Source: Mizuhopecten yessoensis
Taxonomy: Eukaryota
Direction of reading: 5' to 3'
Assembly (NCBI RefSeq): GCF_002113885.1
Contig: NW_018408136.1
Span: 638,447 to 702,446 of the forward strand
Length of the DNA stretch: 64,000 nt
The first letter of the stretch is position 1, and each line of letters opens with the position of its first letter. This document shows positions 41,173 to 54,793 of this stretch, in pieces. Made by a program: the position numbers and the translations under genes. The notes beneath the pieces are model-generated. The model worked only from the letters and a program-made list of their open reading frames with translations. It searched no databases and was not told where the DNA came from.

Positions 41173-41485
41173 CCCCTCGGATCTGAACAAGACGTTACCG
41201 CCGGGTTTCGCCAAGGAAGAGTGAAACGCTCAACCTTCCGGAACACTTTGTCTTTTCCCCCTTGTACTCTTTCAAGGGTCTCTATGTGAGTGTCGCAATT
41301 TATTATACAGCATGTTGTGTAACCATTAACACAAAAGTCTGGAGGTAGAAATATGCTGCTTTTTATACAATATCCAGGTATATCATAGCGATGTTTTGTC
41401 CTTGACCAGAACGAATAACCATAGGTCTTTGTTTATAATTGACAGATATCTTCGTCCAGAACATAAGGTGTCGACCATAGACGTT

Positions 41486-41676
41486 TTCGCGTTTCTATTT
41501 ATGTTTGTCCACCGGAACATGACGTGAAGTGAGGGCTGGCTCGGTCACGACTCTGCAAAACGAAAGCACATTCTGATTCTGAGAAGCGATGTGATTCATT
41601 GACATTTGTTTAAACATTTGCTGATTACGACAGGAGTGGCTAACAGTATACAGTCATTTATCCAGGCAAGGTAAGT
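41486..41676 (+). promoter_or_regulatory. Candidate promoter and non-coding first exon of paralog 3
   Basis: Motifs: TTTCGCGTTTC (about 41487), ACCGGAA (41511), TGACGTG (41520), IRF-like AAAACGAAAGC 41557-41567, and a strong donor AAG|GTAAGT at 41671. Confidence 0.35.
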
Positions 41677-43108
41677 AGGACAGAACTTTAGGTAAAGTAA
41701 ACGAGAAGTTTACAGATAAACACATGTCTTTTTTTGATAATGCAGTTGTTTGTAAATTATACCTGTGTTAGACGATAATTTTATTCAAATTAACTGAGAA
41801 AGGAAGGTGGGTTTTATTTAATCTAGTAATGTTATTTGTCCGAGTTTTGAAGGTAAGCTGAGCTTGAAGTGTTATTAAACAAAGTAAGGGATCATCATTT
41901 CAGATTAAAGGAATAAAAATATGTTTAAAGCGTCCCGAAACATTAGTTGAATAGACGCAAAGATAAAGGCTGTTCAAAAGCTCTTCAGGTAACAAGTGTG
42001 TCATGTGTTTATTAGTAGATGTGTCAGGTGTTATCACCCAAAACAGGTATCGTATATAATCAGGCTGTCCAAAATACATTTTATCGATACTTCAGCATTA
42101 CTCTTATCAGATAATCAGTTCGGTGTTGTAAATATAGTCATAGTGAACCAGTGACCTTTCCAGGAACTGCGAACTGGACTTCAATGAGACCTTATGGAGA
42201 CGGTTGTTTTTTCTTATATTCTTTTTAGATTTATTTAGCTTCAAAATTTGTTTTCCATGTTAAGCTTTTCTGAAGCTTGTCATGCTCAAATAATATCTTC
42301 GAATGTGTATGAATACTAACTGCCTCCTCCAACTTCCGAGAGTTTGAAGTGGTAGTTTTCAAAAGCAAAATGTTTAAATCAATTTTCGTCTCTTGTCGGT
42401 TTAATGTGCAGAAACACTCACCGCTGGAATAACACTGGAGGAGATGTTATCTGCTATCTTGCAAGAGAGAAACTAAAAATGTAACGAACTTATGCAAAGT
42501 TCCAGGGTTAGAATAATATTAGCATCCTTAAATTGAATCAAAACGTTTAAGGAAACTCTCTTTGACACTTCGTCTTAGCCCAGCCCTATTGATGACAACA
42601 TGGTAAAAACAGTTTTCTGCAGCACATTTAAGACTGGCATGATGTCGTTTATCTACTTATCGAGAAAGTCTGGCAGTCACTACCGATCTAAGAAACGGTA
42701 ATTAGGGTTTGGTATGCTAAGACATAATACCGGCAGAATATACATATCCAAGCTTTGATAGTTTAAAACGTTTGTTTTCAAATTTCATGCCGTATCCCCT
42801 TTTGTTTTTCTATCTCTTTAATTTCTGTTTATGTCTGTTTGTTTTTGTTTGTATGTTGAGCAAGTCATTTTTCCTGACTTACACTCAAGCCTTAGCGTAA
42901 CATAGTATAACTGTCCTACTGTACTCGTTTTCAGACATGAAATGTATATGACAATATTGTAAAAGTGAAGGTCTTTTATCACGTTATTTAAATCTTATTT
43001 AAATGATGATAAAAACTATATATAAAGGTTGCAACATATCAGTTTAATTAACGAGCAGGGCTCTGCTTTTTGTGATGCCAAAATAAAAGAATCCACCCTA
43101 TATCAAAG

Positions 43109-46044
43109 ATGGTGCAAAACAACAAACACTGGCAACACGATGGAAATTACGAGGACGACGAGGTAAGATAACATGGACCATTTTATCGTTTCACTTTAAT
43201 AAATATACTTTCATTTAGCTACTGAAAGAATACATTCACTTACACTTTTATTCAAATGAAAATATCCAAGTCAAAGAAATATAGAATGGAAGTTAAGAAC
43301 TCTATGTTTATATATTTTACATTACCGTGTATGGCAGTTATTCGTGGTTTGGGTACAATTTTGTCTTCATCTTACCATTCACAGGTAAGCAGATTTATTT
43401 TGAGAAGCCATGTAGGAAAAAACAAGTTACCTTTCCTAATAGACATCAAACGCACAAAAGAACTTCAACCAGATTTCTTATTTTTGCAAGTATTCAACAG
43501 CAAGAGTCAATTGATATTTCATTCCTTCTCTCGTCCATCACAATGTCGCTTGTTTACGTGTCCTGATGACGTATTGAGGAGGTCCTTGGCTACCGTTACT
43601 GTGTACGGTGTAAAAACCTTGAATACTGATACAGGTGTGGCGTATCACATCCTGATGGGAGGCAAGGCATCAATGAACCTCACACGGGGTAAATATCGTT
43701 TTTGCTTTGGTTATTGGTGCCGGTATTGGATCTTTATCAATATGTTAAGTCACTGGTGCAGTAAGTGCCTCATGTCATTTCATATTTTCTTCTCAAAAGA
43801 CGTGTTTTGCAGCTTATAAGAGGTTCTTCTGGTAAAAGGTCTTCAGGATATGACGGAGAGGAAATACTGGTATATACGACAATTTCACATTAACGCAGTA
43901 ATCCGCCCATGTGCTCATGCACAAAGTACAGTTGTTGACAAATGTGACACGATATAACATATTTTCCTATTTCCTATCAAAACAGATAATTTGGAATTGT
44001 ATTGAATTGAGGAAATATTTTGTTCCATATTCAAGTAGTATGAATGGATACAGTTTGTAATTAACACTTTGGCCGATCATCTTGGAGTGAAAGCAAATGC
44101 TATCTAGTAGCTATTCATTCTGAATAAATCTGCCGGAAAATCCATCGTCGAGTTTTTAGCTGTTCTGTTTTAGTATAATTATTGAAGAACAGGTAGAATT
44201 ATAAATGATTTAATTTTAATATCAAACAGGTGCTACAATCGACTACATAATGATAGCTATGCGACCTCTCACAACATACCTAGATCTACTAACGGATGCT
44301 CCAAATAAGGTTAATATCTTGCTCGCAACATCAAATTTGATCTAATTCTAATACATTAAACGGCTTGATTTCTTTTCAAATCAATGGTTTTTCTTAGACA
44401 ATGATTAAAGACCAAGGTAATATTTTGTATTAGGGCCTTACATTGTATATGATATGATCAAATCTCATTCTACTATAAAGTATACACAATTTTACATATC
44501 CCACCCTAATGAGTAAAAAGGGTTATGTAAAAACGAATGAGACACATAAATGAAGAAATTATCCTACTACATTAGTCAGGTAAAATGTCGATGACGTTGT
44601 AATTAAATTTCATCTGTCCTATCTTTACCGTGTATACTCGTCTTTACAGGTAGCGTATCATGTGGACGCGGTCTGTATCGGCCCGATGCGGTACATGTTG
44701 ACAGACCTTCATCACAGGGGCGAGCACACGGACACCTTTATTATCACCCTCTATCAGGTCCACCCTCCATCTGCGTGTATTATGTTCTACTATGGTTCAG
44801 AAACAGAGTATGAGATCCCCCTCTGCCTCAAACCCGTCTCAGAGTATAAACTACAGCTCTTCAGAGTCAACACGAGACACGTCACAGATGACGTGTACAA
44901 GTTTATTGGAAATTCACACTCAACCGTAACGGCGTTTAATACATGTAAGTGTATAAAGATCAGTTAATGCTATGATTGTCTTTACATGTATCGCACAATT
45001 TGCACTGTAGCACATATAATTTGAAACAACATTGCATAATAGTCTAAATATATGTGGAGCGATTGATGTCACTAGAGGCCGTTTTATTAGTGGTGACCGT
45101 AATATGTTTTCTCTATTAGTGCTGATTTTAAACTTCGATATTCTCTTTCAGTGTTGGTCGGAGATATGAAAGCTTTTATTGATACTAGCCTATGTATATT
45201 TTAGTCTCAGCGTTGGCTTTAATATAAAGGCTTTAGTAATGGTTTCAATCAATTATATTTTATATCACTGCTTGCTGTCTTCCACATTTGCAGGTTCATT
45301 CAATTGTTTTATGCTTCCCGGTAATGTGTACATGTATATACTTCAGATATGACGCAAGCTGAGGTGGTGGAACTCTACAATAAGGCTGTACATTTTGTGT
45401 CCAGACGACCGCCCTATTCTAGTTACCTTTCTCATTTCTATCGCAATAAGTCTGAAGAGTACTTTAACAATATTATGAGAACAGATGGTGTGATGCACAA
45501 GTACGACAAGAACTGGGGAGGAGATCAGGCCTCCACACTCAACAAACAAGTACAGGGTCTGTTCTTCAGCGCAGTCGTGGACCAGGTGACACGTTTACTT
45601 CCTGACTTTTCCTTTTTTGGGCCACGAAGGTTACATGTACCGACATACCTCCTTTTGAACAACAACATGAACATGTATTTCTCTGACTTCTACTGTCACC
45701 GTGTCAATCATAAGGTCCAATTTGTCCTTACGGTCAAGGGCAGCCCGACTGACCACTTCTGTAGAAAACGACTCGTGCTGGTTGACCAGACCAACAACCC
45801 GTTTCTCACGAGAGTGAGATGCGGTTTCACAGAAATCGTCCGAGTGACAATGAACGTTACAGTGGAAGTATTCTACACCGAGGACGTACCAGCCAAGGCA
45901 TGGATGTGTCACGATAATGTGTTCTTTACCACAACGAAACAGATGGGAAACGCTTTGGACATGGTAAACGGTATTCCAAAAAATATAAAATGTCAAATAT
46001 GTAATCTTGACTGCTTCCTTCTCGCTGAGACTTTGAAAGCATGA
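43109..46044 (+). CDS. PHYHIPL: PHYHIP/PHYHIPL-like protein, paralog 3; join(43109..43162,43385..43688,44230..44309,44650..44944,45347..46044), 476 aa
   Basis: Five exons join in frame through GT-AG introns (phases 0,1,0,1). Each exon is similar to its paralog 1 counterpart (GGKA, YLDL, CIGPxxYM), and GVMHKYDKNWGGDQASTLN and HKVQFVLTVKGS are identical. Confidence 0.85.
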
Positions 46045-47130
46045 TGTAGAAACAGAAAGTGAAAATCGTTTTGGCAGACACTACATTTCTTTGACATTCA
46101 TTAGATCATTTTAATGCAAAATGTATAGGTATTAGAGACCCGAATGCGTATTCTTACTATACACAATATGCATTATATTTGTAAGATTTAGGGTTTAATG
46201 CTTCCGACTGTTTCATTTGAGACTAGGTTGTTAGTCAATAACGTCATAAAATAAGACTCCATGGTGTAGTAATATATCGTCTATCGTCATAATAAAAATT
46301 CAAGCAAATGTTTAAGCAAGACTATTTTAAAACTCATTAGATTTAGATGATTGGAATCATGAAATAAGGCAAACATATCCACATACGGTAAGGGTTGGTA
46401 CATATTTTATTTTTGTCCTTAATATGATCAACTCAAGCTTATAACACTAAGGTTTGTTAGTTGTGTGTGAATAAGATAAACAAATCTACCATTACATAAC
46501 CAAGGATAAAAGATGACCTCTTACCATGGAAAGGAAACAACACTGAATTATATTTTAGCAGCACGTTATCTAAACAATCAGACACTGTATCTATTGTTTT
46601 AGGTTTAGAATAACAACGGCAGATGTGATGTGTATGTAAGAAGGCGTTTATTAACTACTAAGGTAGACTTACTTTTTCCGCGAAGATGTGGGTGTTTGCA
46701 GCATGATTGGGAATGAGGACTCTATAAGCTTTTAGAATGTGAACAAACTGATATAAACGTATTTCATATATGTATTTGTTACACCTCAAGTGAAGTTCTA
46801 GCTATTTAATTGGTTGGGAGAAAATTAAACAAAAATCTCACCCTCCGAATATACATTGGTTTTAAGGGGCGCGGGTGATATTGCCATGAGACAGATAAAA
46901 ATATCACATGCGCGAAAAATGTTCCCTCCGGGTTCTTCACAGTGGCCATTTTTCACCGCTTCGTTTCCCCTCCGTGATGGTCACAAGAACGTTTGACGGC
47001 AACAGCCAATTTTATCAACAAACAAGATGTCATTATCGAGGTTTGCTGCCGTTTCTGAGCTACATATGGATGTGTAGAATTCTTTTTTTTCAGATAAATA
47101 TTTATTTAAATACTTTTGGTGTAACAAAAT

Positions 47131-47270
47131 AGATATGACATTCATTAGCAGGTGACAGTGAGTATTGTCAACCCTCAAAAACCCATTGTCACTCTCGGCT
47201 TCGCCTCGGGTGACAATGGATTTCTCGGGTTGACAATATTCACTGTCACCTGCTAATGAATGTCATATTT
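47131..47270. mobile_element. Long palindrome of about 140 bp with CTCGGCTTCGCCTCG loop (Crypton-like terminus)
   Basis: ATATGACATTCATTAGCAGGTGACAGTGA...TTGTCAACCC pairs with GGGTTGACAA...TCACTGTCACCTGCTAATGAATGTCATAT. Confidence 0.65.
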
Positions 47271-48134
47271 ATATAATGTATACTTATATATCACAATTGA
47301 TATCTGTTTTTCCCTTAATGTCATAGACACTAACTCAATTTGATAATTGTTTTCTTTTGCAAATGTAAATTTATATTTTTTAACATTGTTTTTGTTCGAA
47401 TTACTGTATATTGAATTCATTTGTTTGTTTTAATTACATCATTAACAGTTTCTCGAAAAAATGAGAACAACTACTTGTATTTGCACATGAATTCGTCGAG
47501 TAAACAAGGTTAATGGTTCGTGTCTGAAAATAACTCCAATGGGCTGTAAAACTGACGGTGTTAGGAATCATGTAAAATTGTAGGCTATGGAGTGAGTATC
47601 CATGAAAACTGCAAGTGTTCTTTCAAGTGGATCTCAATTAACAGTATATGTTATTTTGCACATTCGCATTGGTAGGGAAACTAACAGTCATAAGGATTTT
47701 TATTATTCAAGCAAGCATTACTATGAGAAGATAACTCAGATAAAAAGCTGTTGAGATGCCATCAGAAAGTATTATACTCTTTAAAATATTTGACCAGGAG
47801 ACAATTAGATAAATGTTTGATTTGATTACCACTAAGAAAATAGCCTAAGAGAACACCCTGTAATTGAAGTTGTAATTTACCTCAGGATCTGATGATACCG
47901 TCCATGATGTCACCTTGATTTATTATAAGACATATATAAAATTTAACTAATACCAAATTACACGCGTTTCGCTACTTTTTATTTGTAAAAACTCTTAACT
48001 ATTAGAGGGCGTAGTCTGAATGATTTTTCTCATAATGTTTCTCTGATTTTATTGTATTTTAATTCTTATGTTAACCCCAGTAAGGGTTATTACATTGCAC
48101 CTATAATAAACAAATCCCTCAATGTCAACACATC

Positions 48135-51100
48135 AGGACAATAACAGAGTCGTTGGAGGGATACTAATACATAAGACAATAACAGAGTTGTTGGAGGGAT
48201 ACTAATATATAAGACAATAACAGAATCGTTGGAGGGATACTTATACATAAGACAATAACAGAGATGTTGGAGGGATAATACTGATACATAAGACAATAAC
48301 AGAGTCGTTGGAGGGATTCTAATACATAAGACAATAACAGAGTCGTTGGGGGGATACTAATACATAAGACAATAACAGAATCGTTGGAGGGATACTTGTA
48401 CATAAGACAATAACAGAGATGTTGGAGGGATACTAATATATAAGACAATAACAGAATCGTTGGAGGGATACTTGTACATAAGACAATAACAGAGATGTTG
48501 GAGGGATACTAATATATAAGACAATAACAGAATCGTTGGAGGGATACAAATACATAAGACAATAACAGAATCGTTGGATGGGTACTCATACATCAGACAA
48601 TAACAGAATCGTTGGAGGGATACTAAGGAGGGATACCAATACATAAGACAATAACAGAATCGTTAGAGGGATACTAATACATAAGACAATAACAGAGTCG
48701 TTGCAGGGATACTAATACATAAGACAATAACAGAGTCGTTGCAGGGATACTAATACATAAGACAATAACAGAGTTGTTGGAGGGATACTAATATATAAGA
48801 CAATAACAGAATCGTTGGAGGGATACTAAGGAGGGATACCAATACATAAGACAATAACAGAATCGTTGGAGGGAGACTAATACATAAGACAATAACAGAA
48901 TCGTTGGAGGGAGACTAATACATAAGACAATAACAGAGATGTGGGAGGGATACTAATACATAAGACAATAACAGAATCGTTGGAGGGATACTTATACATA
49001 AGACAATAACAGAGATATGGAGGGATACCAATACATAAGACAATAACAGAATCGTTGGAGGAATACTAATACATAAGACAATAACAGAATCGTTGGAGGG
49101 AGACTAATACATAAGACAATAACAGAATCGTTGGAGGGATACTAATACACAAGACAATAACAGAGTCGTTGGAGGGATACTAATTCATAAGACAATAACA
49201 GAATCGTTGGAGGGATACTAATATATAAGACAATAACAGAATCGTTGGAGGGATACAAATACATAAGACAATAACAGAATCGTTGGAGGGGTACTAATAC
49301 ATAAGACAATAACAGAATCGTTGGAGGGATCCCAATACATAAGACAATAACAGAGAAGTTGGAGGGATACTAATACATAAGACAATAAAAGAATCGTTGG
49401 AGGGATACTAATACATAAGAAAAAACAGAATCGTTGGAGGGATACTAATACATAAGTCAATAACAGAATCGTTGGAGGGATACTAATATATAAGACAATA
49501 ACAGAATCGTTGGAGGGATACTTATACATAAGACAATAACAGAGATATGGAGGGATACCAATACATAAGACAATAACAGAGTCGTTGGATGGGTACTAAT
49601 ACATAAGACAATAACAGAATCGTTGGAGGGAGACTAATACACAAGACAATAACAGAGTCGTTGGAGGGATACTAACACATAAGACATTAACAGAGTCGTT
49701 GGAGGGATACTAATACATTAGACAATAACAGAGTCGTTGGAGGGATACTAATACATTAGACAATAACAGAGTCGTTGGAGGGATACTAATTCATAAGACA
49801 ATAACAGAATCGTTGGAGGGATCCCAATACATAAGACAATAACAGAGAAGTTGGAGGGATACTAATACATAAGACAATAAGAGAGTCGTTGGAGGGATAC
49901 TAATACATAAGACATTAACAGAATCGTTGGAGGGATACTAATACATAAGAAAAAACAGAATCGTTGGAGGGATACTAATACATAAGTCAATAACAGAATC
50001 GTTGGAGGGATACTAATATATAAGACAATAACAGAATCGTTGGAGGGATACAAATACATAAGACAATAACAGAGATGTTGGAGGAATACTAATACATAAG
50101 ACAATAACAGAATCGTTGGATGGGTACTAATACATCAGACAATAACAGAATCGTTGGAGGGATACTAAGGAGGGATACCAATACATAAGACAATAACAGA
50201 ATCGTTGGAGGGAGACTAATACATAAGACAATAACAGAATCGTTGGATGGGTCCTAATACATCAGACAATAACAGAATCGTTGGAGGGATACTAATAGAT
50301 ACTAATACATAAGACAATAACAGAATCGTTGGAGGGATACTTATACATAAGACAATAACAGAGATGTTGGAGGGATACTTATACATAAGACATTAACAGA
50401 GTCGTTGGAGGGATACTAATACATAAGACAATAACAGAGATGTTGGAGGGATACTAATACATAAGACAATAACAGAATCGTTTGAGGGATACTAATACAC
50501 AAGACACTAACAGAATCGTTGGAGGGATACTAATACATAAGAAAAAACAGAATCGTTGGAGGGATACTAATACATAAGACAATAACAGAATCGTTGGAGG
50601 GATACTAATACATAAGACAATAACAGAGTCGTTGGAGGGATACTAATACATAAGACATTAACAGAGTCGTTGGAGGGATACTAATACATAAGACAATAAA
50701 AGAATCGTTGGATGGGTACTAATACATAAGACAATAACAGAATCGTTGGAGGGATACCAATACATAAGACAATAACATAGATGTTGGAGGGATACTAATA
50801 CATAAGACAATAACAGAATCGTTTGAGGGATACTAATACAAAAGACACTAACAGAATCGTTGGAGGGATACTAATACAAAAGAAAAAACAGAATCGTTGG
50901 AGGGATACTAATACATAAGACAATAACAGAGGCGTTGGAGGGATACTAATACATAAGACAATAACAGAATCGTTGGAGGGATACTAATACATAAGACAAT
51001 AACAGAATCGTTGGAGGGATACTAATACATAAGACAATAACAGAATCGTTGGAGGGATACTAATACATAAGACAATAACAGAATCGTTGGATGGATACTA

Positions 51101-51255
51101 ATACATAAGACAATAACAGAATCGTTGGAGGGATACTAATACATAAGACAATAACAGAATCGTTGGAGGGATACTAATACATAAGACGATAACAGAATCG
51201 TTGGAGGGATACTAATAATAAGACAATAACAGAATCGTTGGAGGTATACTAATAA
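48135..51255. repeat. 38-bp satellite (about 80 copies)
   Basis: The unit is GACAATAACAGAATCGTTGGAGGGATACTAATACATAA. Confidence 0.97.
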
Positions 51256-53679
51256 TAATAAAAAATGAGACACATCATAAATCCTAACAATTGGAGGCAA
51301 AACATTGACATTCGGATGGTACGTGTTTTTCATATATCACATGTGTACCCGTAATGTGTGTTTACCTCGTATACATGGTGTTCATTTCGCAGCTAAATGG
51401 TACCTCCTCTCATGTATATTTAATATACTTGTATCTTATTTAGATTTATGATATATCAAATGTTTATATCTAAGTTCAGAATTTACATGTATGAATTCTA
51501 TGAAATTTCTTCAACAGATTATATTTTGCATTAAAACGTGTTAATGTTGGACAAAAATGTCACACTTAACAAAACCATTTACATATGTTCTAAATGACTT
51601 TCTTAAAAATCATTGTTCATGCAAGAACGAAAATGTGATTGTGTCAAAAGTGTGCAGGAATCAGAAACATTATTATTTGGTGACATGTTCTAATGACAAC
51701 AAAACTACTACTAAACAGTAGTTTTTTCTGGTAATATTTGTTAAGATTAAGGACGATATCAGTTCATCAAGCTGATAAAGGATTTTGCTACGTGACTCTT
51801 TATATTGCATCTTTTGCAGTACTTAGTTATCCTCGTAAATTTACTAAACGTAACAAGTAACGACTATTTGACTGGTCACGTGATTAACTGGTGGTTGCTA
51901 GCTTCGACTATTGACTTGCCACTTTTGATGTTATCGAATGCACATAATACCAAACATAATGATGACTATGATAAGGAATACAGGGTGATCCTCAGCTCCC
52001 ACAACCGCTAGGTGAAATTGATGGATAGATTTGAAGGGACAATATTGCTAACTTTTTTCAATTTAGCGTGCCTCTGGCGTAAGTATTACTAATGAAAAGT
52101 GTAGCTGTAAAATTACTTTGATTAGAATGTTTTTGATTGATATATTATCCAAGTAATAATACATTGAGGGGTCGGATGGCGATTGCGTAGATGATTCGAT
52201 CCCCCACCCCCGACCACCGAAGGGAGCTCGACACGTCGTCCCCTTCCATTTATTTGGCCTCAAACGATGATGAATACCACACACATTATTTTAACAGAAA
52301 AGATATATTTTGTTGGTTCGTTCTATCTTTATCTCATGATTCGTCCTTTTTAAATCATAACTTATCGAAGTGAATTTAATTACTGTAAAATATGGCAGAG
52401 TAAAAGTTTCTTAACAGCTAGATATTAAATCTTAACTGTATGCGTATACGTATACCTGTTATCATACATACACTATTAAGATTATTTCCGGTAAGGAAAC
52501 TACAATTCCTGGTATACATGACGTTTCATTATCCAATATACCCACAGTATCACATACTAACCTTATTCATTATACAATAACAATGTACCGGGACCCCAAT
52601 GCATCTGAGCAGGTTATCCCATACCTGTTTACCCAACAATTCATTACAATGTAGTACTCTTATCTTACAAAGTAGTCAGTAGTCATCATTGAGTTGTAAC
52701 CAACAGAACTTCATGCAAGTCATTTAATCAGTTAGTATTAAATACTTATATGCCAGTAAATACATTTCTCACCTCAACCCATTGTTGTCATACACGTTAC
52801 ATCGTCCGATTCAAGTGCTGCTAACATCAACTGCTAACATCAACAACCCTCTTACCTACATCAATAGCGACCACCAATCACGAAGAAAAGTTGACTGGCA
52901 GGCGTGTGTTTGCTGTCAATAGATGAAATGTATTGAAAATAGTTCAGATTTACAGTTGTATTTTGATGAAGATAATATGTTGGCCGTTGTCAGCAGTTAA
53001 GAACACTTCAACTGAATTTAACAACCTATCGGCCTTAAATTTAAGAGTGAGTATCTGAATGAAGTCAATGGAGTGACAAAGGCATTTATTGATATATGTA
53101 TATACATGTAAGTCTCTGACATACATATACCTGTCAAACTGTAATACAACCCTAACGTTTAAAGAGCAACAGATGTCAGACAATGAACAGTGGACTAATC
53201 AGTATTCTGATATCTGTTATTTGGTCCTTTTATCGGACTATATACACATTTATAAAACAAATGTAACAAACCCGGATGTGCTTGACTGGGAAAACAAAGC
53301 ACATCATGATTGCAGTGTGAACACATGTGCTTATCCTTGAAAGATAAGTGCACCTCCGGAAGTTTTGTTAACAAATTATCGCGTTGAAGATTCGGTATGA
53401 CAGTGAGGTGAGTTCTATATTCTTTAATCATAAACGTTTATGAATCCACTGTTAGAATTTACGCATAAACAATACATTTCTCTATGTTTCATAACACTAT
53501 GGACACTCCTTGACCTATAAACTATTATATATCCTTGATACAATATACAAGCATCGAGGATGCATTACGACATGAACTACCACTACATACCCGACAGTAT
53601 CCACACGCTTGTATAAGCAGTAATATCTTTGAGTAAGCGATGATTATTTTCCTAAATGAATCAAAGTCTCCAATTTTTA

Positions 53680-53925
53680 ACATCAAGGTAGTGTATGAGA
53701 CACATACAAAAGGGGCCATAACTCTCAAGACATTTTTTCTAAATTGAAGCCAAACGAAAGGGCACATGATACTGTAATAGGGAACTAGTATGTTAAGTTT
53801 TAGAGAAACCAATTCAGTTGATTTTGACACAATAATTCGAACAGACAGTCAGACGACTGGACGGGTTTATACCCCATCTCCGAAAAAAACTCCAGAAAAA
53901 AACCCTTCGTTTTGGCGGATATGAC
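53680..53925 (+). mobile_element. HINE/Helentron-like fragment (3' part)
   Basis: It has a GGCCATAACTC core, an ACAGAC/GACG microrepeat and a terminal TATACCCC...TTCG...GCGGATAT hairpin-like end. Confidence 0.4.
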
Positions 53926-54541
53926 CTAGTTCTTTCTGTAAGCATGTAACGTAATAGCGTTTGCAGGCAGATACTAAGTAATAAGACACAGTGTACTTTG
54001 TCATCGTACAAGCTTATTTTGACTTATGATTATGTATCAGTGTTAAATATACTTATACAGAGAGACAGTGAATATATCAAATATACCTTTCTCTCATAAA
54101 GAAAGTAAACTTTCTTTCTAATATTTTAAAATGTAACTCGGCAGTATTCTTTTCCAGTAGTGTGCTATTCTTTATTTATGCTTTGGTTTATGAAATTGTA
54201 TTTCTTTTTTGTCGACAACTATAAAGTAACAACATGTGTCACAGTTAAAAGAGGTCAATTAAAGCAAAGGAATTGCCAAATAGTGTGAGAATCTGTCTTA
54301 AATTGTTTCAAATCACATCAGAGACATATAATGCACATAAACTGCCCTTTACGAAAATTTACCTAACATGACAATAGGATAAAGTTATTCTAAATATATT
54401 ATCTTTCTTCAGTAATTATGTTTGTGTACACTAATAAACTCATGTATTCTCTTTTATGTATTTATCAACCTTTTTATGCAACCACTCCATATTTCTTGCA
54501 GCAATTTGTTTTTTCCTAAAACAATTAGGCTTGCTTAATAA

Positions 54542-54793
54542 ACCAGGAAGTCCTAACTGAAACATTTCGCAGCGACAAAACTACCATGGTGGTACTGTAT
54601 TGAATAACCGCTTTATCTCTTGCTTTTATACCTTTCTCATTTTGGGGTAGACCTAGCACGGAGCGTGGAGACAGAGACCTGCACAAGCAATTACAGGGGT
54701 CATTTAAAAAATCTCTTTATGGAACGTAGCGTATAGGATATGTCTGAGTGTGTAGACGCAAATGTGTGACTACAGGTAAGCGAACAGGTAAGA
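54542..54793 (+). promoter_or_regulatory. Candidate promoter and non-coding first exon of paralog 4
   Basis: ACCAGGAAGT (ETS) is followed by AACTGAAAC (IRF core). Tandem CAG|GTAAG donors at 54776 and 54788 lie about 1 kb upstream of the 55786 exon. Confidence 0.3.

Noticed and set aside
47880-47980. Hammerhead ribozyme (CTGATGA and a GAAACGCG-like motif)
   Set aside because: The core motifs are on opposite strands and no pairing stems could be built.
48090-51333. CRISPR-like array or ORFs in the 38-bp repeat (the same applies to the 35-bp array)
   Set aside because: The units are contiguous with no unique spacers, there are no cas genes, and the context is eukaryotic.
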